Assembly: GCA_026990815.1 (NCBI GenBank)
Contig: JALXCS010000322.1
Span: forward strand, 1-40,286
Source: Methylomonas sp.
Lineage (GTDB): Bacteria > Pseudomonadota > Gammaproteobacteria > Methylococcales > Methylomonadaceae
Length of the DNA stretch: 40,286 bases
Direction: 5' to 3'
Within the stretch, counting starts at the first letter, position 1; every line of letters begins with the position of its first letter. A program made the position numbers and the translations under genes. Below are positions 18,176 to 26,491 of this stretch, piece after piece. The notes under the pieces were generated by a model. It saw only the letters and a list, made by a program, of their open reading frames with translations, ran no database searches and was not told the origin of the DNA.

Positions 18176-18672
18176 TCCAGAGATTTTAAAATTATTTTTT
18201 TTGCCAGATTTATCTTGGCAGCTAGATAATCATTTCCGCCTCGATCAGGATGTATCTTTTGTATCAGTTTTCGATGTGCAGCAATGACCTGCTGCTTTGT
18301 TGCTCCCGGTTTTATGCCAAGAATATTATAAGCTTCCTCCAAAGCCATATTACTGCCGGCAGCTGATCTTGGATTTGCTCGCTCCGAGGCGGCTTGCTTA
18401 GCCCCCCGCATCATTAGCCATAATTTATATAAACCTGGTGCCAGACGCAAAATCACAGGAACAATTCTAAGCAAAAAGGCAAGACCGATACCAATAGCGG
18501 CGAAAACCCAGTTCAACCGTCCTGTTGCACCCAAAATAATCAATGTAGCAACAAATAATGTGGCACCTAATGTTCTGATATATCTAGCCACCAATTCTGG
18601 TGGGGCTTTCTGAAACCAACGAATTCCAAAAAATAAGGCGATGATAAAAACAATAAGTAACAGTCTAGCCAA
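18172..18672 (-). CDS. Membrane-anchored J-domain (DnaJ-like) co-chaperone
   Basis: 166 aa. Three N-terminal hydrophobic helices. C-terminal J domain YNILGIKPGATKQQVIAAHRKLIQKIHPDRGG with an HPD motif. The stop overlaps the nlpD start (ATGA). Confidence 0.7.
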   Translation of the reverse strand: MARLLLIVFIIALFFGIRWFQKAPPELVARYIRTLGATLFVATLIILGATGRLNWVFAAIGIGLAFLLRIVPVILRLAPGLYKLWLMMRGAKQAASERANPRSAAGSNMALEEAYNILGIKPGATKQQVIAAHRKLIQKIHPDRGGNDYLAAKINLAKKIILKSLD

Positions 18673-18756
18673 AATACTTCCCGCTATTGTTTTTCAACAC
18701 AATCATTTTAACCATCATAAAATATATCGATCTTTTTTAACATTTACCTATATTTC

Positions 18757-19290
18757 ATGCTCAATTCATCCATTCCAGTTCTTGGGTTTGCTGCATTCAG
18801 TGGCGCAGGAAAAACTACTTTATTGACAAAAGTCATTCCGATACTCGTTAACAACAATCTTCAGCCAGGATTGATCAAACACAGTCATCATAATTTTGAT
18901 ATAGATAAACCCGGAAAAGACAGCTACAAACTAAGAAATGCCGGTGCATCACCTGTCTTATTGGTTTCGAAATATCGTCGGGCAATAATCACCGATTTTA
19001 TCGAACCACAAGAGCCACGTTTGTCAGACCAACTAAAAATAATAGACCAAACTCAACTTGATTTGATCCTGGTTGAAGGATTTAAGTCAGAAAATTTCCC
19101 TAAGATTGAAGTTTATCGCCCCGAATTGAAAAAGCCATTGCTCTTTCCTGATGACCCTAGCATTATCGCAATTGCATCCAATGTTAAATTAAAAACCCCA
19201 GGGTACATTCAACTTCTTGATTTGAACACACCCGAAACAATAGCGACATTTATAATGACCGAATTTATGGAAAAAACCAAAAATAATTAG
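18757..19290 (+). CDS. mobB: Molybdopterin-guanine dinucleotide biosynthesis adapter protein MobB
   Basis: 177 aa. P-loop GFAAFSGAGKTTLL, followed by IKHSHHNFDIDKPGKDSY and LILVEGFK, all typical of MobB. Confidence 0.85.
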   Translation: MLNSSIPVLGFAAFSGAGKTTLLTKVIPILVNNNLQPGLIKHSHHNFDIDKPGKDSYKLRNAGASPVLLVSKYRRAIITDFIEPQEPRLSDQLKIIDQTQLDLILVEGFKSENFPKIEVYRPELKKPLLFPDDPSIIAIASNVKLKTPGYIQLLDLNTPETIATFIMTEFMEKTKNN

Positions 19291-19931
19291 TGCTGATGAT
19301 TATGATCGGGGGCGGGAGAATTTTGACTATGTTGGAAGCTCTTGTTCATCATGGGTTTTACGCCCGCCCCATAGCCATAAACCATTTGGCCACCTAAATC
19401 AGCCCCAAGTGACATTATCAATATAATCAAACCCGCTAAAAATAAATGAATAATATTGGCAAAACCCTTAATGCTTGATTTAGAAAAGAACCGCCAAATT
19501 GCCAAAAAAGTCGATAAAAAGGCAACCGTCAGCCCAAAATGCTCATGCCTTTCCATAATTTCATGAACTTCGCCGCCATGTGGTAAAGTCTCCGCGGCTT
19601 GAAAACCTGCTATTACAGCTGCCAGAACCCCAATGGTTCCAAAATATAGCAATGCACTGGCAGTACTTCGCCAATTTTCATTGTTTGTAACAGAAGCGAT
19701 CAGATCCAGAATAAAAAAAGCACTTAAAAAAGCAATTGGAAAATGAACGATTAAAGGATGAATATTAGGCATAACTGCCAAACCCGGAAAAAATTCCGGC
19801 ATCAAGACTGCAGGGCCTTCTGCCAAAACATGATCAATTAATGATAAAAATTTTTCTATATAAGCTGCAGCGCCATCATTATGATCCGTTGCATTTCCAT
19901 GAATAAAAAAGTTAAATGAATTTTCAAACAT
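19287..19931 (-). CDS. DUF2231-like integral membrane protein with His-rich C-terminal tail
   Basis: 214 aa. The HPLIVHFPIAFL motif and four helices resemble DUF2231. The tail is HSQNSPAPDHNHQH. Its 3' end overlaps mobB convergently by 4 nt. Confidence 0.55.
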   Translation of the reverse strand: MFENSFNFFIHGNATDHNDGAAAYIEKFLSLIDHVLAEGPAVLMPEFFPGLAVMPNIHPLIVHFPIAFLSAFFILDLIASVTNNENWRSTASALLYFGTIGVLAAVIAGFQAAETLPHGGEVHEIMERHEHFGLTVAFLSTFLAIWRFFSKSSIKGFANIIHLFLAGLIILIMSLGADLGGQMVYGYGAGVKPMMNKSFQHSQNSPAPDHNHQH

Positions 19932-19961
19932 TTTCTAAGATTAACCCAATAATTATGAAGA

Positions 19962-19980
19962 TTGTGTCAATGTGACACAA
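19962..19980. promoter_or_regulatory. Perfect palindrome TTGTGTCA-ATG-TGACACAA, candidate operator
   Basis: 8-bp arms with a 3-bp spacer, 31-49 nt upstream of the DUF2231-like gene start, in a 234-bp intergenic region. Confidence 0.35.
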
Positions 19981-20165
19981 AAAATCAATTCATTCAATAT
20001 GCAGGGTAAATTTCTGTACATGACAAAAATCTATGGAATGGAGTTAAGTGATTGAAATAAAAAGACACGCGCAAAGCAAGCAATGTAACTGTTTGTGTAA
20101 CGTGGTTAAAAAGGCAAGTCAGTTGTTAAATTAATTTTTTGATCGTTCCGATGAAACAAGACAAC

Positions 20166-21554
20166 TTATCTGGCGCCTTTACCCCAAAGAACAACTTCAA
20201 TGGTATGAAGCATAATATTTAAATCTAGAAATAAACTGTAGTTTTTGACGTAATATAAGTCATATTGCAGTTTCTGTATGGTGTCATATTCATCCGCCCC
20301 ATAGGGGTAGCATAACTGGGCCCAACCGGTAATACCAGGTTTCACACGATGTCTTTCGCGATAATAAGGAATTCTTTTCTCGAACCCTTCAACAAACTCA
20401 GGACGTTCAGGCCGCGGACCAACAAAACTCATTTGGCCACCGAGGACATTAAAAATTTGTGGTAATTCATCAATACGACACATTCGAATAAATTTTCCGA
20501 CTCTGGTAATTCGACTATCCAGTTTTTGCGCCCATTGTGCACCATTTTTTTCCGCATCAGGAATCATGCTTCTGAATTTAATAACGTTAAAATTCTTATT
20601 GTTTTCGCCCACTCGGACTTGTTTATAAAAAATTGGCGCCTTCCATCCACTTTCCAACATAATTGCAATTGCCGTTAACAACATAACGGGCCACGTCACC
20701 AATAACAAAAAAGAACTAGCCACAATATCGAAAAATCTTTTTCCAATGGTTCTCAAACCGCTTTGTGCAAAACCATCTGAAAAAACCAGCCAACTGGGAT
20801 AAAGATTTTCCAAATAAATAAGCCCCTGTTCACGCTCATAAAAACTCATTAAATCCATAATCTGAATGCCAGACATTTTGCAATCCAGCAACTCATCTGT
20901 AGGCATCGCTTTTCGCCTGTCATCCAGAGCCACAACAATTTCATCAATATTAAGTTGATCGGCAATTTCATTAATTTTATGACCATCATTGATGATCAAT
21001 TTTTCTTCAACTTTACATTTTTCATCTTGGATGGGTACAAAACCAGCAATTGTAAAACCCCTGACCAAATAACTATCATTTAAGGCGACAAGCTTACTGG
21101 CCTTTTTTCCGCAACCAATGACAAGAACCCTTCTTTGAATGCGTTCGAGATTGACATACTTATAAAACAAGTAACGGGATAACATTATCCCGATGAATGC
21201 CAAAATTAAAGCAACACCAAGAACACTCCTCGCCATTTGGAATTCAGGAAAGATATAATATATTGAGACCAGAATAAAAATTGCCGCAGAAAAACTGATA
21301 CAAACCCTGGGCAGCAATTCATAATCATCCCATGCCAGGCTTCTACGATACAAACCAAGACCAGCACTGCTTAGGACCAGAACCGTTGAAAAAATAATAC
21401 TGGCCAAATAGATCTCTTCGTCTGTATACCACGATGGATCCCACAAAAACCGAATCTCACTGCCGAAATACATGGCACTGTAAAACAGGCAAAATTCGAC
21501 AATCATCAGCCATAGATACGCACTGGATAAATAATGACGAAAAATTCTTATCAC
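20166..21554 (-). CDS. Exopolysaccharide priming polyprenyl-phosphate sugar-phosphate transferase (EpsB / PEP-CTERM-system-associated type)
   Basis: 462 aa. Four to five N-terminal TM helices, a central Rossmann-like region (VLVIGCGKKA), and a C-terminal bacterial sugar transferase domain (FDIVASS...IKFRSM...DELPQIFNVLGGQMSFVGPRPERPEF). Confidence 0.85.
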   Translation of the reverse strand: MIRIFRHYLSSAYLWLMIVEFCLFYSAMYFGSEIRFLWDPSWYTDEEIYLASIIFSTVLVLSSAGLGLYRRSLAWDDYELLPRVCISFSAAIFILVSIYYIFPEFQMARSVLGVALILAFIGIMLSRYLFYKYVNLERIQRRVLVIGCGKKASKLVALNDSYLVRGFTIAGFVPIQDEKCKVEEKLIINDGHKINEIADQLNIDEIVVALDDRRKAMPTDELLDCKMSGIQIMDLMSFYEREQGLIYLENLYPSWLVFSDGFAQSGLRTIGKRFFDIVASSFLLLVTWPVMLLTAIAIMLESGWKAPIFYKQVRVGENNKNFNVIKFRSMIPDAEKNGAQWAQKLDSRITRVGKFIRMCRIDELPQIFNVLGGQMSFVGPRPERPEFVEGFEKRIPYYRERHRVKPGITGWAQLCYPYGADEYDTIQKLQYDLYYVKNYSLFLDLNIMLHTIEVVLWGKGAR

Positions 21555-21642
21555 TGGTTTCCCTGAGTAGTTTAAAGTTTATGCACTCTTATAATTTTTA
21601 TTGAATGGCATTAGTATAGACTATCGAAAGCTGGCTATAAAA

Positions 21643-22422
21643 TCACTTCCAGTCTTTTTCCTGAATTAATCGTTTAACATATTGGATGGGTATGGCATAA
21701 GTGATACCACTTGGATTAGACAAAATGGCTTCTTTACTTTCCTTTATGAATACTTTATTTATCACACCAATCACATTGCCATTTTCGGCATCATAAACCG
21801 GACTGCCACTGTTCCCCGGATAAGCAGTGGCATCAAGCTGAAAAACATCATAGGGTTCTCGCAAACGCTTCATCAGCTTTGCATTCAGTTGACGGGCTTT
21901 TATCATTGGAATCACCATAGGCGTTATGGCCGAAACAATTCCCCGATGTGTCACAGGATAAAGCCCAAGAATCATCCCGATGGGATAGCCGGTAAAAGCA
22001 ATTGATTGGCCTTCCCGGACCTGTTCAGAATTTCCCAAAGTCAAAGGCAACAAATGGCCTTTTATCAGTTTAAGAACAGCAATATCATGCTTGCCATCAA
22101 TAGCAACCGTTTTTACAACGGCCATTTTACTCTGCTTGTCCTTTCTGAAAAAAACCGCTAGTTTTTCCAGTTTTTCATGATTTAATTTTTCCGGAAGCAC
22201 ATGTGCATTGGTGATAATCAAACTACCTTTATCAACAACAAATCCCGTTCCTCTGAATAAAGCCCGGGGGCTGCGAGCAGGCATATAGGTTCCTACAGCA
22301 ACGATACCGGGCTTGAGTTTTTTAACCGTTTCGGACAGTTCCTTGGCATTAGCAGGTGACAGTAACATAAAGGGCAAAATCAACACCCAGGCAAACATAA
22401 AGGTACAGTTAAAAGCTCTCAT
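21643..22422 (-). CDS. Secreted trypsin-like (S1C-type) serine protease, no PDZ domain
   Basis: 259 aa with a signal peptide ending SPANA/KE. Catalytic triad contexts TNAHV, HDIAVLK and GNSGSPV. The start overlaps the upstream gene's stop (TAATG). Confidence 0.8.
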   Translation of the reverse strand: MRAFNCTFMFAWVLILPFMLLSPANAKELSETVKKLKPGIVAVGTYMPARSPRALFRGTGFVVDKGSLIITNAHVLPEKLNHEKLEKLAVFFRKDKQSKMAVVKTVAIDGKHDIAVLKLIKGHLLPLTLGNSEQVREGQSIAFTGYPIGMILGLYPVTHRGIVSAITPMVIPMIKARQLNAKLMKRLREPYDVFQLDATAYPGNSGSPVYDAENGNVIGVINKVFIKESKEAILSNPSGITYAIPIQYVKRLIQEKDWK

Positions 22423-24758
22423 TAATTAATTGTCATGATAAATTTTCCACTCAAATTACCGTTCAGGGGTAAACTAACAACCCCATTTTCAGGTGAGCCC
22501 CGCCAAAATTGTGAATTATGAATCAGCTTTACTTCTTTTTTTTCATTCAAACCAAAAACCATCACTTTTCGGATAGCATTGCTTATTGAAAAATTCACTT
22601 GCTCAACAAAAGATTGACAGACAAAAAACACCAGCATTTTCTCGATAACCAGCCCCGATATATTTTTGGAATCTGTTTTCACTGTGTTTATGAATGCCTT
22701 GGGTGGTGAATCGGTAGAAACAGACAAAACCACCAAAAACTCATCTTCAAATGAAGGAGCGGATGGTAGTATTTCCAGTCGCCAATTTCCATTATCAAAC
22801 CAGGATTTGCTGCCACCACCACGTTCAAAATCACTGCCGTTTAAATCTTTATCATCGCCGTCAGCCTCCACATAATACCGATAATCCTTACCGCCAACCA
22901 CTCGAATTAAGGCCTTCTCAGGCAAAATCCGAGTCACTTTAAGATAACTCTGCCGGTTTTGAATAATCGCTGTTGTCTGTTCGCTCTCTAAAATACCATT
23001 TGTTCTGCTGCCTTTTAACAGTTTCAAACCATTGACTTTGGGCCTCTTTACAGTATGCAGCAACCATTTTTTAGTAAACTTTGGATTGGTTGAACTCACC
23101 TGATCATAAACAACTATCTGGTCAGCCATAGGGAAATAGACAAACTGCCTGGTTATCTTTTTTACTTTCCCGCCTTGCCCATTATCGTCAAAAACAGTAT
23201 TATTATAAGCCCTTGTTAAATCAGTAAAAATATAGTAATATTCAGAATTTTTGGCGGCGTAATTTTGTAATATAGCCCCCTCAAAATGCAATCCGGAATT
23301 AAAATTTTTGAACCAATGATCAAGATTGATAATACTACTGCCTGTCGGCTGAATAATCCTTTGACCGCCATCAGCCACATTTTTCAAAAAAAACCAATTT
23401 GGCCTCACTGTTTCGCCTGGTCTTAACACCAACAAACTGTTTTTCGCCACGGTTCTAATGGAATAATGTAACCGGTTTTCCGAGTAATACTGGTTATAAA
23501 CACTACTGTTTACGACTAATGGTGCCTCTTTAAAAACAGTAAAATGACCAGCATCATAGTGACCATGATGGGCGAAAGAATGACCGGCCTTGAAACTTAT
23601 AAAAGTATCGTTTTTTTGCCATCCAGAACGAAAATAGGCATAATTTGTAGCCTTTCTTCCAAAAATTCTAGCATTGTCAAGATAAGGCGCTAACGAAGCC
23701 AAACTGCCATCACCCAGTGACGAGACAGATGGGTCAGGAAATAACAACAACCCCCATTGGTAGCCATGATAATAACTTGATAATCCGTACAATTGCTGTA
23801 AAAAATTGGCATAACCGGCCAAAACAGGATCCCTGGTCAGGCTAACAATCAGATCAATCACTCTTTTTGTCTCGTCTTTTAAATCAACCCGGGAACCTTC
23901 ATCGCCAAAACCTTCAATACGATGATCGGGACGCGTCGCATAAACATGCCAAAAACCGACAGTCCGCATTAATTCGAGAATTTTCCGGCTATTTTTGGCC
24001 TCTTTAAGACCATTTACATAAGCATTTGCTGCCAAGGCAAACGGAAATGCCCGATTTTGAATCCAGTAATTGTATCCTTCCGGCCAGATTTCAGTATGTG
24101 CCAGGGCTTCTATTGCCTCAAGAAAATAGCCCTGTGCCCGTTTTCTTAACTGCTGGATTCCGGGGAAATCTTCAGGTAATACAATCGCACAAATCCAGGC
24201 CATAGCAGCATAACTTGAACGACTATGCCACAAGGAGGCCGAATCACCATCCAGTATATCTAGAATATCAATTAAACCATTGGCAATTTTTTTTTCAATT
24301 CCCTGCCTTTCCTTGTCTTTTTGAGCCAAACTGGAGTAAAAGAGATCATAAGCCAGCGCTAGTTTCCAGGCGTTACTGTCATTATCATCAGCTTCCGGAG
24401 AAACCAAATCGAAATTTGACATGGCATCCAGCAATTTTTCTGCGGCAGTAACCTGATTTTTTGCCAACCAACAAGATAAAAGAAAAAGCATTTGTTTTGA
24501 TTGACAATGTGATTGGAATGATACGTTTAGCGTGGAAAGTGAAGAAATCCTTTTTTTTATAGGTAGCGCCAACCCTTGACCATTCCATCTTCTCAACCCG
24601 GTCAAAATAATCCTGGGGTGTTTTTCGATAACCTTTCCGTCCAGCCCCCCCTTAATGTGGCGCGGGTTCTGTGAAAAATCTTTAAAAAAAACAACACCTA
24701 AAATTGAAATAACAACAACAAAACAACATAATAAAAATTTAATCGACCAATAATTCAT
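22422..24758 (-). CDS. Membrane-anchored heparinase II/III-like (polysaccharide lyase-like) protein
   Basis: 778 aa. N-terminal signal anchor (FLLCCFVVVISILGVVFF). Trp-rich alpha/alpha-toroid-like N-terminal half. HSFAHHGHYDAGHFTVF block resembles the heparinase II/III C-terminal domain. Family call is by eye. Confidence 0.6.
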   Translation of the reverse strand: MNYWSIKFLLCCFVVVISILGVVFFKDFSQNPRHIKGGLDGKVIEKHPRIILTGLRRWNGQGLALPIKKRISSLSTLNVSFQSHCQSKQMLFLLSCWLAKNQVTAAEKLLDAMSNFDLVSPEADDNDSNAWKLALAYDLFYSSLAQKDKERQGIEKKIANGLIDILDILDGDSASLWHSRSSYAAMAWICAIVLPEDFPGIQQLRKRAQGYFLEAIEALAHTEIWPEGYNYWIQNRAFPFALAANAYVNGLKEAKNSRKILELMRTVGFWHVYATRPDHRIEGFGDEGSRVDLKDETKRVIDLIVSLTRDPVLAGYANFLQQLYGLSSYYHGYQWGLLLFPDPSVSSLGDGSLASLAPYLDNARIFGRKATNYAYFRSGWQKNDTFISFKAGHSFAHHGHYDAGHFTVFKEAPLVVNSSVYNQYYSENRLHYSIRTVAKNSLLVLRPGETVRPNWFFLKNVADGGQRIIQPTGSSIINLDHWFKNFNSGLHFEGAILQNYAAKNSEYYYIFTDLTRAYNNTVFDDNGQGGKVKKITRQFVYFPMADQIVVYDQVSSTNPKFTKKWLLHTVKRPKVNGLKLLKGSRTNGILESEQTTAIIQNRQSYLKVTRILPEKALIRVVGGKDYRYYVEADGDDKDLNGSDFERGGGSKSWFDNGNWRLEILPSAPSFEDEFLVVLSVSTDSPPKAFINTVKTDSKNISGLVIEKMLVFFVCQSFVEQVNFSISNAIRKVMVFGLNEKKEVKLIHNSQFWRGSPENGVVSLPLNGNLSGKFIMTIN

Positions 24759-24906
24759 TTATTCTGATTCAACACTCCCATAATGAGTAAGCTTTTGTTA
24801 GTTTTAACCATTTCTCAGAAATATGGTTTGCCATTCATCCATGCTTTTCCAATAATCCAAGCTATAATAATGGCATCAATTTTTTTTGCCGACACCAAAT
24901 AAGGAT

Positions 24907-26490
24907 ATGCCTACGCTAATTCACCAATTATTTCTTGAGACCGTTAAAAATAATCCCGATGCGCTTGCGCTCGTCCACAAAAAACAAGTGTGGAATTATA
25001 ACCAGTTCAATCACCTTGTTGTTGAGCAAGCCCATGCATTAGCCGGATTAAACTTAAAACCACAACAGCGGGTCGCCATCTTTTTGCCCAAACAGATTGA
25101 AACGGTATCCAGCTTTTTCGCTACAACTATGGCAGGCGGTGTTTTTGTACCTGTAAACCCAGTTCTAAAAGCCCCGCAAGTCATTCATATATTACAAGAT
25201 TGCAATGTACAAATTCTTATTACTTCAAAAAGCCGCTTGCAAGGTCTTGTTGAATATTTACCCGATTGTACTGATTTACACAGCATAATACTGGTTGATG
25301 ATAATGTCCCTCCAGAACTTAAACTGGAAACAATTCAAATCATTCCCTGGCAAGATTATCTATCCCACGCCAATCAGACAAAAAAATTACCGGTCATTAT
25401 TGACGCCGACATGGCTGCTATTCTTTACACCTCTGGCAGTACAGGGAAACCGAAAGGAGTCGTGTTATCACACCAGAATATTATCTTGGGAGCAAAAAGT
25501 GTCGCCGAATATCTGAGCATTACACATGACGACCGATTACTGGCAGTTTTACCATTTAGTTTTGATTACGGTTTGAATCAGCTTACCAGCTCCTTACTAC
25601 AAGGTGCCAGTTGTGTGCTTCTTGATTATTTATTGCCTCGGGATGTTATTAAGGCTCTGGTCAACCAGAAAATCACAGGGTTTGCGGCTGTCCCTCCGCT
25701 ATGGGCACAGCTTTCGCAACTTGAATGGCCTGAATCCATCAATGAGCATTTGCGATATATGACCAACTCGGGTGGAAAAATGCCATTAACTATTCTTGAG
25801 AAAATTCGCCAAAACGCTTCAAAAGCTGATTTTTTTTTAATGTATGGCCTCACGGAAGCTTTCCGCTCAACTTACCTGCCACCCGACCAATTACAAAAAC
25901 GTCCAAATTCAATGGGTAAAGCCATACCCAATGCAGAAATCATGGTTGTTCGTGAAGATGGTTCGTCCTGCTCCCCTCACGAACCAGGTGAACTGGTCCA
26001 CCGGGGGGCACTGGTAGCTTTGGGTTACTGGAATGACCCTGAAAAAACTGCTAAACGATTCAAGCCAACACCGGGCCAGCTTCAGGGCTTGCCGTTACCT
26101 GAAATAGCAGTTTGGTCTGGTGATACCGTCACCGTGGATGAAGACGGATATTTTTATTTCGTTGGCCGAAAGGACGATATGATAAAAACTTCCGGTTATC
26201 GTGTCAGCCAGACTGAGATTGAAGAAGTCATTTATGCTTCCGGCCTGGTTAAAGAAGTCGTGGCATTGGGTATTGAACATGAAACTTTGGGTCAGGCCAT
26301 TTTACTGGTTGTCAGTGTCGAATCGGAATCAGGCTATAATTCACAGGGACTGATCAATCTATGCAAAAACCAACTGCCGAATTACATGGTACCTGCAAAA
26401 ATAGAAGTATTACCTTCTTTACCCAAAAACCCCAATGGAAAAATTGACCGTACCCTGTTAACAAAACAATTTGCCGACATATTCAAATAA
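24907..26490 (+). CDS. AMP-forming acyl-CoA/acyl-carrier ligase, exosortase-A-system-associated type
   Basis: Adenylation motifs LYTSGSTGKPKGV, YGLTEA, GDTVTVDEDGYFYFVGRKDDMIKTSGYRV and PKNPNGKIDR. The ATG at 24907 (preceded by AAGGA) is preferred to the TTG at 24886. Immediately followed by the partner decarboxylase. Confidence 0.8.
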   Translation: MPTLIHQLFLETVKNNPDALALVHKKQVWNYNQFNHLVVEQAHALAGLNLKPQQRVAIFLPKQIETVSSFFATTMAGGVFVPVNPVLKAPQVIHILQDCNVQILITSKSRLQGLVEYLPDCTDLHSIILVDDNVPPELKLETIQIIPWQDYLSHANQTKKLPVIIDADMAAILYTSGSTGKPKGVVLSHQNIILGAKSVAEYLSITHDDRLLAVLPFSFDYGLNQLTSSLLQGASCVLLDYLLPRDVIKALVNQKITGFAAVPPLWAQLSQLEWPESINEHLRYMTNSGGKMPLTILEKIRQNASKADFFLMYGLTEAFRSTYLPPDQLQKRPNSMGKAIPNAEIMVVREDGSSCSPHEPGELVHRGALVALGYWNDPEKTAKRFKPTPGQLQGLPLPEIAVWSGDTVTVDEDGYFYFVGRKDDMIKTSGYRVSQTEIEEVIYASGLVKEVVALGIEHETLGQAILLVVSVESESGYNSQGLINLCKNQLPNYMVPAKIEVLPSLPKNPNGKIDRTLLTKQFADIFK

Positions 26491-26491
26491 T

